In this document: positions 1-9,493 of the stretch, one piece after another
How positions within the stretch are numbered: position 1 is the stretch's first letter
Layout: each line of letters starts with the position of its first letter
Source of the DNA: an uncultured Verrucomicrobiae bacterium
GTDB lineage: Bacteria > Verrucomicrobiota > Verrucomicrobiia > Chthoniobacterales > UBA10450
DNA: 64,000 bases
Direction: 5' to 3'
Assembly (NCBI GenBank): GCA_963735805.1
Contig: CAVTMK010000003.1
Location: 32,001-96,000 of the forward strand
Program-made: the position numbers and the translations under genes
The notes under the pieces: model-generated
Told to the model about the DNA's origin: nothing
Database searches by the model: none
The model's input: only the letters and a program-made list of their open reading frames with translations

Positions 1-1
1 C

Positions 2-640
2 GTTGATGCGAAGACCGGCAAAGAGAAATGGCGTTTCCACGGTGGCGAAGACCCGCTCATCCATAATCAGGTCGGCTTCCAATCTTCGCCTGCGGTAATT
101 GACGGAACCGTTTATACCGGTTGCCGCGATGCGCAGGTCTATGCGCTCGACGCCGCCACCGGAAAGGAAAAGTGGCGATTCGATAACGCGCTCAGTTGGG
201 TCATCACTTCGCCGGCCGTGAACCAAGGCAAGGTCTTCTTCGCCACATCCGACTCGAGCCTTTATAACATGGCTGATGCCGCCACCGGCAAATCGCTTGT
301 GCGGCAACAAGGCAAGGCATACATGTTTTCTTCACCCGCGATTGCCGGCGACGTTGCAATCATCGGAGTATTAAACGGAACGCTGGAAGCGCGGGACGCG
401 AAGTCGGGCGAGCTGCTCTGGGACTACCAGACAGACGCATCGAAGCAGAACAAGGGCTGGGTGCTCACCGTCGATCGCAAATTCAATCAGCCGCTTTTGT
501 TCTTCGACAACTGGCTCGAAGCTCCGATCCTCGCCCAGGATCGACAAGTTAGCGTCGGCTCAATTTTCTCTTCGCCGCTGGTCGCGAACGGCGTTGTTTA
601 CTTTGGAAGCACAGACGGGTTCTTGTACGCACTCGAATGA
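2..640 (+). CDS. PQQ-like (BamB-type) beta-propeller repeat protein, 5'-truncated by the window edge
   Basis: Frame open from base 2: VDAKTGKEKWRF...SSPAVIDGTVYTG...YALDAATGKEKWRF...SSPLVANGVVYFGSTDGFLYALE, typical PQQ repeats. Confidence 0.85.
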   Translation, partial: VDAKTGKEKWRFHGGEDPLIHNQVGFQSSPAVIDGTVYTGCRDAQVYALDAATGKEKWRFDNALSWVITSPAVNQGKVFFATSDSSLYNMADAATGKSLVRQQGKAYMFSSPAIAGDVAIIGVLNGTLEARDAKSGELLWDYQTDASKQNKGWVLTVDRKFNQPLLFFDNWLEAPILAQDRQVSVGSIFSSPLVANGVVYFGSTDGFLYALE

Positions 641-725
641 CATCCCCGGATGTAAGTGTTGGTTAACGACTCTCTCGGTCGTCGATCGCACTTACAACGC
701 GCCGATCGCTATGCGCCGCGGGCGA

Positions 726-1058
726 TCAAAAACCCAAAGCGGACAACAACGTACTGTATTGATTGACAAAAGCGGCCAGTTGCGGATGCGTCGCTTCAAA
801 GTTTCGCGCGGAGTCTTTGAGTTCGTGCAGGAGCCTGTTGTGCTGTTCCGGTTTCTTCTCGGTGCGAATTGTTTCCTGGGCCGAAGCCTCAACCAGCCGA
901 GCGATGCTCCGGGCATCCTCATGGTGGGTCTCCGAAACCTTGGCTATGGCTGGCTTGAGTTTCGACAGCAAATGCAGTAACTCGGTTTTCCTATCAGCCG
1001 GAATATTTTCGGCCGACTCAATTGCTGATTTCGTCTTCTCAATATGCTCGTCAGTCAT
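726..1058 (-). CDS. DUF4404-family small helical protein
   Basis: C-terminal FEATHPQLAAFVNQYSTLLSALGF motif. Confidence 0.75.
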   Translation of the reverse strand: MTDEHIEKTKSAIESAENIPADRKTELLHLLSKLKPAIAKVSETHHEDARSIARLVEASAQETIRTEKKPEQHNRLLHELKDSARNFEATHPQLAAFVNQYSTLLSALGF

Positions 1059-1203
1059 CTATGCGCCTTCCTGTGACTTCTCCGATTTCGCTTCCGATCT
1101 GCGGATACGGTCGAGTAGGAACCGCTTGGAAACAATCTCCACTTTCAGAAAATCCTTGCCGATCCCAAGTCGAAAAGGATTTTGCTCAACTCTTCAACGC
1201 CTT

Positions 1204-1722
1204 TTACCCAGTCCTTTTCGATTTTGTTCTCAGCGCGATTCGACTGGCCAGGGCGTTGAGGATTTCCGGATTCCCGAGCGCCCAGGCATTATCGATTCTC
1301 ATTCTGTTGAAGCGCCACTTATCGCCATCGCGCATCAGGTTGCAATCGTAGCGATTCATCAATAACGCGTATTCCGATCCACGGCGTGAACCCTGGCGTG
1401 GCAGGAAATGCTGCGACAAAACGTAGGCATACAACGTAGCTGTATCATCGACAATCTCGATTTGGAGATTGCTCACACTGTGACTGGTATCGAGCGGACC
1501 GATCAATGGAAGAATCCCGTTTAGAATAGCGTCGCGACCACTTAGTAGTGAAAAATCGATCTCAAGTTTTCTCCCAGCCGGCCTGAAATCGAAACGACAA
1601 TCCTCTGTCAAGGCCGACGCCAGCGAATCGGCATCGCCATGGTCGAGACCAAAAGCGTAACGATGCAGGGCGTCGGCAATCTCAAATCGATCGTGAGCTA
1701 ATTGGACGAGGTCCGTCTCCAT
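1204..1722 (-). CDS. SnoaL-like/NTF2-family protein
   Basis: DRFEIADALHRYAFGLD...TSHSVSN...RYDCNLMRDGDKWRF; start moved to ATG 1722 to avoid overlap with the upstream gene. Confidence 0.8.
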   Translation of the reverse strand: METDLVQLAHDRFEIADALHRYAFGLDHGDADSLASALTEDCRFDFRPAGRKLEIDFSLLSGRDAILNGILPLIGPLDTSHSVSNLQIEIVDDTATLYAYVLSQHFLPRQGSRRGSEYALLMNRYDCNLMRDGDKWRFNRMRIDNAWALGNPEILNALASRIALRTKSKRTG

Positions 1723-1759
1723 TACCAGGTCGTTGGCTAATCCATTCCGAAACGTGTTG

Positions 1760-2713
1760 TCAAGATCGCGCGAGCTCTTCGATCTTTTTCCACTGCTCTG
1801 GACTGAGCTGAAGTTTCTCGGCTGCCATGTTTTCCTCGAGATGTGCAAGCGACGATGTTCCCGGGATCGGCAACATCACCGTCGATTTTTGCAGTAACCA
1901 CGCGAGCGCGAGTTGCACTACGCTAACGTTATGACGTTTCGCTTCGGCTTCCAATGCATTGCCGGTCTTCCGCAACGAAGCATTCCTGCTGCCGCCAATC
2001 GGCGCCCACGGAATGAATCCCATCTTTTCTTTTTCGCAGTAGTCGAGCGCGCCCTCCGAGTCGCGATCAGTGATGTTGTATTGGTTCTGGATGCTGACAA
2101 TCGGCATGACCTTTTTCGCCTGTTCGATTTCCGCGACTGTCACTTCCGATAATCCAACGTGCCGAATTTTTCCGGCATCCTGCGCTTTTTTCAGCGCGCC
2201 TAATGACTCTTCAACCGGCACCTTGGCATCGATGCGATGCAACTGATAAAGATCGATCCGCTCGAGTTTCAATCGTTTGAGACTTTTATCGACGCATTGT
2301 GACAGATACTCCGGGCGTCCGTCCGGCACCCATTGGTTGGGACCGGGTCGGGTGTTACCGCCTTTGGTCGCGATCACTAATCCTTTCGGATAAGGATACA
2401 ACGCCTCGGCAATGAGGAGCTCGTTCGTTTCCGGACCATAAGCGTCGGCGGTGTCGATGAAATTGACGCCCAGTTCGACTGCGCGCCGCAAAACATTCAC
2501 CGCGTTCTCGCGATCAGGCGGCCAACCCCAGATCCCCTCACCCGTCAATCGCATCGCGCCAAAACCGAGCCGGTTGACCAAAAGATCGCCGCCCAACAAA
2601 AACGTTTCGTCGCTTTTACTGGTACTCGCTGCCGCAATAATCCTCGGCAATCCACCGGTCAGAACACCGGCTGCACCGGCCAGACTTACTTCCAAAAATG
2701 TTCTTCGCTTCAT
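1760..2713 (-). CDS. Aldo/keto reductase with putative twin-arginine signal peptide
   Basis: RLGFGAM, IDTADAYG, IATKG, IDLYQLHR and PIPGTSS motifs; N-terminus MKRRTFL plus hydrophobic stretch. Confidence 0.9.
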   Translation of the reverse strand: MKRRTFLEVSLAGAAGVLTGGLPRIIAAASTSKSDETFLLGGDLLVNRLGFGAMRLTGEGIWGWPPDRENAVNVLRRAVELGVNFIDTADAYGPETNELLIAEALYPYPKGLVIATKGGNTRPGPNQWVPDGRPEYLSQCVDKSLKRLKLERIDLYQLHRIDAKVPVEESLGALKKAQDAGKIRHVGLSEVTVAEIEQAKKVMPIVSIQNQYNITDRDSEGALDYCEKEKMGFIPWAPIGGSRNASLRKTGNALEAEAKRHNVSVVQLALAWLLQKSTVMLPIPGTSSLAHLEENMAAEKLQLSPEQWKKIEELARS

Positions 2714-2995
2714 CCCCAAGTATAAAATATGTTCCCGCAATCAATTCTCAACTGTCGTAGACGTCTGTAATCGACGGCGTACCCCGCGGGCGAGCAGAGT
2801 CGCAGCGCTGTGAATATTTCATTCTGTCGTGCCGCTGTCATTCGGTTCTCTTGCCGGTCTGTTGTTTTGCCGAAGCGTTCGCGCAGCGCTTGCGTAGTCG
2901 AAGTGGCAAGCATTAACAGTCCGCCTTCGTTTGATTTCCGGAGCGACAAGGGTTGCGCCAGGCATCGAACGAGTGAACACTGCGCGCTTTCCGCA

Positions 2996-4972
2996 ATGCT
3001 GACCGTTTCTCAACTCTCGAAGTCTTTCGCCGGCCGCGCGCTGTTCGACGACGTCTCGCTGCAGGTCAATCGCGGCGATCGGATTGGGTTGGTTGGGCCA
3101 AATGGCTCTGGCAAATCAACGTTGTTTGCGCTCCTACTCGGTGATGTCTCGCCTCATAAGGGGACGATCGCGATTGAGAAGAACGCAACCATCGGATTTC
3201 TTCCGCAGGAGACCGCCGCTGCCGGAGACGAGACCGTACTCGAACTTGCCCTCTCAGTTTCGCCCGAGCTTGTGCATGCGCAGAAAGTAATCAAGGAGCA
3301 CGAAGCGGCTGTTGCCGGGAGCGCTGATCCCGGTGCCGACGCGGCTTATCACAATGCGCTCCATGTTTTTGACGAGCACGGCGGATGGGAGCTCGAACCA
3401 AAAGCAAAACGGGTCCTCGCCGGCCTCGCGTTTCGCGAAACTGATTTCGATCGCCCGGCTCGCGCTTTAAGCGGGGGCTGGATTATGCGGGCTCATCTCG
3501 CGCGCTTGCTGGTGATGCAACCCGACCTTCTTCTGCTCGACGAACCGACGAATCATCTCGATCTCGAATCTCTTCAATGGTTCCAGGAGTATCTGCGAAC
3601 TTATCCGGGGGCGATTGTCATGATCTCGCACGATCGCGAATTTTTGAATCAACTTGTCGGCAGCATCGTCGAGATCGCGCACTCGAAACTAGTGCGTTAT
3701 CGCGGCGACTGGGACAGTTACATCGAGCAGAAAACAGCGCGCGAAGAACAACAACTCGCTGCCTACAAAAATCAGCAGAAAGAAATCGCGTCGCTGCAAT
3801 TGTTTGCCGATCGATTTCGTGCCAAGGCAAGCAAAGCATCGCAAGCACAAAGCAAACTGAAACAGATCGATCGCATGAAAAAAATCGCGGCCCCGGTCGC
3901 GCGCGGAAGGACGATCAAGTTCCATTTTCCGCAACCGGTCCGCAGCGGCCTGCGCGTTATCACGCTGAAAGATGTCGATCATGCCTATGGCGACCTGGTT
4001 GTTTATCGCAGAATGCAATTTCACGCCGAGCGCGGTCAGCGCACCGTACTTGTCGGCCCGAATGGCGCGGGAAAATCGACTCTTCTCAAGTTGCTTGCGG
4101 GCGTGTTGCCCGTGCAGCACGGGGTGCACGAACTTGGACATAATGTGCGCGCGGGTTATTTCTCGCAGAACCGAATCGATGTGCTCAACGCGAGCCATAC
4201 CGTTCTCGACAGCGCACGTGACATGCCCAATCCCGTGTCCGAACAAACCGCGCGGACTGTGCTCGGTTCTTTTTTGTTTCGCGGCGACGATGTTTTCAAG
4301 ACGGTCGCGGTTTTGAGCGGAGGCGAAAAGTCGCGGCTGGCTCTCGTCAGGCTGTTACTCGATCCGCCGAACCTTCTGCTCATGGACGAGCCGACGACAC
4401 ATCTCGATGTCGGCTCGATCGATGCCCTTATCGGCGCGCTCAAGCAATATCACGGGACGCTCATCTTTATTAGTCACGACGTTCATTTTATCCGTGCCAT
4501 CGCCACAAGCGTTCTCCACGTAACGGCGGGTGCAAACCGCACGGGTGGAAAACTGACCTTTTACCCCGGCGACTACGATTACTACCTGGACAAATCAAAA
4601 GCAACATCCGCGCGTACCGCCCTAACCGCGGGCCGCGACGTGCCAGAGGTCAACGGTCGCGCCGAGGTGACGGTAAAAATCGGCTACGGTTCAAGAAAAC
4701 AAAAGGAACAGAAGCGTTTTGAAGCGGACGCGCGCAATACGGTTGCCAAAGCGAGACGCGAAAAGGAAAAACAGGTGCACGAACTCGAGATGAAAATCGC
4801 CGCGTTGGAAGGGCAACAGAAAGAACTAGCCGCAGCGCTGGAGGATCCATCGGCTTACACACCCGGTGGTCGCGCCACTACGATCAATCGCGATCTCGCC
4901 GCTGTCGCCCACGACCTTGCCCGACTGACGGCGGAGTGGGAAAACACCACTGCCTCGGTGAGCGCGCCCTAA
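2996..4972 (+). CDS. ABC-F family ATP-binding protein (two ABC domains, C-terminal coiled coil)
   Basis: Two Walker A motifs (GPNGSGKS, GPNGAGKS), LSGG signatures, LLDEPTNHLD, inter-ABC linker, no TM helices. Confidence 0.92.
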   Translation: MLTVSQLSKSFAGRALFDDVSLQVNRGDRIGLVGPNGSGKSTLFALLLGDVSPHKGTIAIEKNATIGFLPQETAAAGDETVLELALSVSPELVHAQKVIKEHEAAVAGSADPGADAAYHNALHVFDEHGGWELEPKAKRVLAGLAFRETDFDRPARALSGGWIMRAHLARLLVMQPDLLLLDEPTNHLDLESLQWFQEYLRTYPGAIVMISHDREFLNQLVGSIVEIAHSKLVRYRGDWDSYIEQKTAREEQQLAAYKNQQKEIASLQLFADRFRAKASKASQAQSKLKQIDRMKKIAAPVARGRTIKFHFPQPVRSGLRVITLKDVDHAYGDLVVYRRMQFHAERGQRTVLVGPNGAGKSTLLKLLAGVLPVQHGVHELGHNVRAGYFSQNRIDVLNASHTVLDSARDMPNPVSEQTARTVLGSFLFRGDDVFKTVAVLSGGEKSRLALVRLLLDPPNLLLMDEPTTHLDVGSIDALIGALKQYHGTLIFISHDVHFIRAIATSVLHVTAGANRTGGKLTFYPGDYDYYLDKSKATSARTALTAGRDVPEVNGRAEVTVKIGYGSRKQKEQKRFEADARNTVAKARREKEKQVHELEMKIAALEGQQKELAAALEDPSAYTPGGRATTINRDLAAVAHDLARLTAEWENTTASVSAP

Positions 4973-5167
4973 CGAGGATAAAAATTGAGACGCGATCCGT
5001 TTTCGTGGCGCTTCTACCTCGGCTGAAAGTACAGAGCGTCAGGAAAATATGGCGTGACGAGTCTGCGCGACGCGTGATTGAAGTCGGCGAAGTAACGTTC
5101 ATTAGTGGGCCCCTTCTGTTGCTCGCGTGGAAGCGGCAATGCATACTTAATTCTCACCAAACCTAAG

Positions 5168-7057
5168 ATGCCAAAGACACGCCTAACTCATCGTCTCGTC
5201 GCTCTCTGGTTTGCTGATATAGCAGGCTACAGTGACTGTGCCGCGGAGGATGAACACGGCGCGTTGCAGTTAATCGAACTCCTTCAGACACTATCTCGCG
5301 AAACAGTGCGACGTTACGACGGTCGAGTAGTCAAATTCATGGGCGATGCGGTCCTCGCCGAATTCTCCAGCACTGAACGGGCGGTGTGCGCCGCGGCGGA
5401 ATTGAGTAAAGAGTATGCAGATCAGTCAATCGGAACCGCCCGTCTGCACAATTTAAGGATCGGTGTTCATATCGCAGATGTGGCTGTGGGCGCCGACGGC
5501 GACCTCTATGGGGATGGGGTCAATGCGGCGGCGCGTGTGCAGCAAGCCACCGAGCCGGGGCAAGTGGTCGTCAGCCAGGATGTCTGGCGACAACTGCGCG
5601 GCCGTACGGAATTTCAGTTCGAGTCGCTAGGCGATCGCTCGTTAAAAGGAGTCGGTCCGATCGGCTTGTACCTTCTTACTCTGAAGGAACCGGCTACAAA
5701 CGATCAGCCCTCAGGCGCCGGGTCAGGTAGCACACAACCTGCCAAAGAAAGAAAAGCGGGGATTCGCTCAATTGCTGTCCTGCCGTTCACTGATCTCAGC
5801 CCGCAACACGATCAAGAATACTTCAGCGATGGTGTCGCCGAAGAAATCCTCAATGCACTGACCAAGTTCGGCGGGCTCCACGTTCCGGCCCGGACTTCAT
5901 GCTTCGCGTTTCGCGGAACCAGCGTAGACGCGCGGGAGATTGGAAAACGTCTCGGCGTTGAGACACTGCTCGATGGCAGCATCCGCAAAGCTGGGAACCG
6001 ACTGCGAATCACCGTCCAATTGGTCGACGCGCAAAATGGATATTATCTTTGGTCCGAGCGGTTCGATCGCGAGATCGAGGATATCTTCGCTATTCAAGAC
6101 GAGATTGCGCGCAGCGTTCTGGATGCTTTGGGCCTTTCGCGGTCCGAGCGAGAGGAACGCCGTTTCCTTCAACCTCCCACAACGAATGTCGAAGCCTATG
6201 AGTTTTATCTGCGCGGACGTAAGCTTTTTCAGACTTGGAATCGTCAGAACGTGGAGTTTGCGCGACAGATGTTCGCGCGAGCAATTGCAATTGATCCGGA
6301 TTTTGCCTTGGCTTGGGCAGGGCTGGCAGACACCTACGTCGACCTTTATCGCTGGGGTCGCAATTTGCGCGACTTGGAAGAGGCAAAACGCACCAGCGCT
6401 CACGCGTTGGAGCTCAATCCAAATCTCGCTGAAGCCCATGTTGCCATCGGCCAGGCACTCGCCATTCAACGACAATTCAAAGATGCCGCAGTTGAATTTG
6501 AGAAGGCTATCGAGCTGGATCCAACTTCCTTCGACGCATATTACTTTTATGCGAGGTCTTCATTCGAAGCTGGAGATCTCGAGAAGGCTGTTCCGATGTT
6601 TGAAAAGGCGCACCGGGCGCGTCCGGAGGATTATCAAGCGGTAGCGTTGCGTGCTCTGACGTTACACGAACTAGATCGCGCCGACGAAGCACGCGAAGCC
6701 GACCAACAGACTCTGACTTCAATTAATAAATATCTCGAGGTCAATCCCAACGAAGCGCGCGCCTATAGCCTGGGCTCTAATTCGCTGGCCAGACTGGGAG
6801 ACCCTGAACATTCAAGGCAATGGTCCGAACAAGCAATTGCGCTCGCCCCAAACGATCCGGTAATTCTTTACAACGCCGCATGTAATCTGGCTCAGTTAGG
6901 CGAACATGAAGGCGCCCTCGACGGATTGGAACGCTCAATTGAGGCAGGTGTCGCAGTGGGAGACTGGATCAAGCATGACCCGGATTTCGAGAGCCTCCGC
7001 GACCATCCGCGCTTCCAGGCAATCGTGAAACGGATCGCGCCGTTGCAGGGCTCCTAA
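5168..7057 (+). CDS. Class III adenylate/guanylate cyclase with TolB-N-like domain and TPRs
   Basis: FADIAGYS, KFMGDA and DLYGDGVNAAAR catalytic motifs (Lys/Asp suggest ATP specificity); SIAVLPF..QEYFSDG; TPR repeats. Confidence 0.85.
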   Translation: MPKTRLTHRLVALWFADIAGYSDCAAEDEHGALQLIELLQTLSRETVRRYDGRVVKFMGDAVLAEFSSTERAVCAAAELSKEYADQSIGTARLHNLRIGVHIADVAVGADGDLYGDGVNAAARVQQATEPGQVVVSQDVWRQLRGRTEFQFESLGDRSLKGVGPIGLYLLTLKEPATNDQPSGAGSGSTQPAKERKAGIRSIAVLPFTDLSPQHDQEYFSDGVAEEILNALTKFGGLHVPARTSCFAFRGTSVDAREIGKRLGVETLLDGSIRKAGNRLRITVQLVDAQNGYYLWSERFDREIEDIFAIQDEIARSVLDALGLSRSEREERRFLQPPTTNVEAYEFYLRGRKLFQTWNRQNVEFARQMFARAIAIDPDFALAWAGLADTYVDLYRWGRNLRDLEEAKRTSAHALELNPNLAEAHVAIGQALAIQRQFKDAAVEFEKAIELDPTSFDAYYFYARSSFEAGDLEKAVPMFEKAHRARPEDYQAVALRALTLHELDRADEAREADQQTLTSINKYLEVNPNEARAYSLGSNSLARLGDPEHSRQWSEQAIALAPNDPVILYNAACNLAQLGEHEGALDGLERSIEAGVAVGDWIKHDPDFESLRDHPRFQAIVKRIAPLQGS

Positions 7058-7147
7058 CTGGATAGTCATGTCGTCTTCGTCGGCTTGACACAGTAAGCGA
7101 AAAACAGCCGATCTGATGGGAACTAAGCGAGTCGGCGGTATCCGGAT

Positions 7148-7261
7148 CGAATATCGAGTCACAAACGCGCGGGCGAGCTGCGGATGAGACGTTTCAAGAT
7201 GCTCAACGGATTGTCTTAATTCCTGCGAACTTGGGTTTACAAAACTCGATAGCAATTTCAT
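7148..7261 (-). pseudogene. Relic fragment of a DUF4404-family gene
   Basis: ELRQSVEHLETSHPQLARAFVTRYS aligns by eye with ELKDSARNFEATHPQLAAFVNQYS of 726..1058; the rest is missing. Confidence 0.5.
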
Positions 7262-7332
7262 GTTCACAACCGCCGTCTGCGAGAATCCCGTCGCCGCGGT
7301 GATCTATTATCGTCACCATACTTCGCGCCATC

Positions 7333-9462
7333 GTGAAAATATCATTGCATCATGCTGCGGTCGCTGGCGTGGTAGTCTTTCTGCCAGTCGTCAGCCTTGC
7401 GCAAGGATTCACAATCGAGCAGGTGCTCAGCGCGCCGTTTCCATCCGGCCTAACAAGTTCCTCGCATGCGCCGCGCGTGGCCTGGATTTTCGATAATAAA
7501 GGCGAGCGCAACATCTGGGTCGCGGATGCGCCCGATTTCGTGCCGCGGCAGGTGACACACTATACAGGTGATGAAGGTCAGCAGATCGCCAGTGTGCGGT
7601 TGTCGCCAGACGGCAAAACGATCGCCTACGCGCGCGGCACGGAGTTGAACCGGGAGGGGACATCGGCAAATCCGCTTAACCTGGTGAAAATGCCAAAACA
7701 GCAGGTGTGGGCGGTCAACGTCAATGGCGGCGGTGAGCCCCGCTTGCTTGGTGACATCGGTTGCAGCGAAGAGGGCTGCGAAGATCTCCAGATTTCGCCC
7801 GACTCAAAAATGGTGGTTTGGCCGGCGAAGAAACACATTTGGATCGCCTCGCTCGATGGAAAGAAAAAGGCCGATCAGCTCGAGGAGTTGCTCGGCGAGA
7901 GCGACACGCCACGCTGGTCGCCGGATGGGAAGCGGATCGCATTTCGGTCGAATCGCAAAGACCATTCGTTTATCGCCGTCGTGGAGCTGGCGACTAAAAA
8001 GGTCACGTATCTGGCGCCGAGTACGAACCGTGACGCCGGCCCACAATGGTCGCCGGACAGCAAACGGATCGTGTTCATTCGCCAGCCCGGCGCGCAGTTT
8101 AAGCGCCCGCTCATTCCAGAATTCCCGCGGCCGTGGTCGCTGTGGATCGCAGATGCGGAAACTGGCGGAGGTCGCGAGTTGTTTCGTAGCGGCACAGCCA
8201 TGGAAGATTCGCTGCCCCTGTTCGCGTTTGAGTCGCTCAAATTCGCCGACGACGGGCGGATCGTCTTCGCTTCGGAGAAAGACGGGCGGAATCATCTCTA
8301 CTCAATTAGTACTGACGGAGGCCCGGCGCAGCTGCTCACCCCAGGCGAGTTCGACGTCGAAGAAGTCGTACTCAGCACGGACAGGCGGAGTATTCTTTAC
8401 ACGTCAAACCAGAATGACGTCGATCGTCGTCATGTCTGGCGCGTCGATCCGAGCGGTGGCAAACCACAGGGCCTAACGAGTGGCGAAACAATCGAGTGGA
8501 ACCCGGTCGAGACGAGCGATGGAAAAACGGTGTTGTGTCTCGGGTCAAGCGCGACCTCGCCTGCCATGCCTTATCGGATCACGAGCAGTAAGCGCAAATT
8601 GATCGCGAAGAACATGCTTCCGGCTGATTTCCCTGAGACTGAGCTAGTCATGCCCAAACAGGTCGTGTTTAAAAGCGCGGATGGCCTCGAAATTCACGGC
8701 CAGCTGTTCACTCCAAAGAACCAGAAGCAACGCGGCCCCGCTCTGATTTTCACCCACGGCGGACCGATCCGGCAAATGCTGCTCGGATTTCATTACATGC
8801 AGTATTATCACAACGCCTATGCGATGAATCAATATCTGGCGAGCAAAGGATACACCGTGCTGTCGGTCAATTACCGGCTCGGCATCATGTACGGGCGTGC
8901 CTTTCGCCAGCCGTCAAACTCGGTGTGGCGCGGCGCGTCCGAATATCAGGATGTGATCGCAGGCGTGAAATTCTTGCAGACACTGGACAACGTTGATCCG
9001 CAACGGATCGGTCTTTGGGGAGGATCGTACGGCGGATTTTTGACCGCTATGGGGCTGGCGCGTAACTCCGACACTTTCAAAGCCGGCGTCGATTTCCACG
9101 GTGTCCATGATTGGGCGACTTTTCTGCCAATGTGGGTCGGGGAAGTCGATGACAAGAACGCCGAGGTTGCGCCCGACATCAAAGAAGCTCGCGAGCTCGC
9201 CTTCAAATCGTCCCCGGTCGCAAGTGTCGCAAACTGGCGCTCGCCCGTACTGTTTGTTCACGGCGACGACGACCGGAATGTGCCGTTCCAGCAAACCACC
9301 GATCTTGTCGAAAAGCTGCGCGCACAGAACGTCGATGTTGAGGGGCTTGTGTTTCCTGACGAAATTCATGAGCTCCTTCGCCGAGCGGACTGGATTCGCG
9401 CCTACAAAGCAGCTGCACAATTTTTCGACCAGAAGTTAGGGGCGCAGAAAACCGGACCGTAA
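7333..9462 (+). CDS. Secreted S9-family serine peptidase with PD40/TolB propeller
   Basis: Signal peptide; WSPDGK repeats; HGGP; GGSYGG nucleophile; HGDDDRNV; DEIH. Confidence 0.92.
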   Translation: MKISLHHAAVAGVVVFLPVVSLAQGFTIEQVLSAPFPSGLTSSSHAPRVAWIFDNKGERNIWVADAPDFVPRQVTHYTGDEGQQIASVRLSPDGKTIAYARGTELNREGTSANPLNLVKMPKQQVWAVNVNGGGEPRLLGDIGCSEEGCEDLQISPDSKMVVWPAKKHIWIASLDGKKKADQLEELLGESDTPRWSPDGKRIAFRSNRKDHSFIAVVELATKKVTYLAPSTNRDAGPQWSPDSKRIVFIRQPGAQFKRPLIPEFPRPWSLWIADAETGGGRELFRSGTAMEDSLPLFAFESLKFADDGRIVFASEKDGRNHLYSISTDGGPAQLLTPGEFDVEEVVLSTDRRSILYTSNQNDVDRRHVWRVDPSGGKPQGLTSGETIEWNPVETSDGKTVLCLGSSATSPAMPYRITSSKRKLIAKNMLPADFPETELVMPKQVVFKSADGLEIHGQLFTPKNQKQRGPALIFTHGGPIRQMLLGFHYMQYYHNAYAMNQYLASKGYTVLSVNYRLGIMYGRAFRQPSNSVWRGASEYQDVIAGVKFLQTLDNVDPQRIGLWGGSYGGFLTAMGLARNSDTFKAGVDFHGVHDWATFLPMWVGEVDDKNAEVAPDIKEARELAFKSSPVASVANWRSPVLFVHGDDDRNVPFQQTTDLVEKLRAQNVDVEGLVFPDEIHELLRRADWIRAYKAAAQFFDQKLGAQKTGP

Positions 9463-9493
9463 GATTGTCTGCCCCAGCTGACATCGAGAAGAC

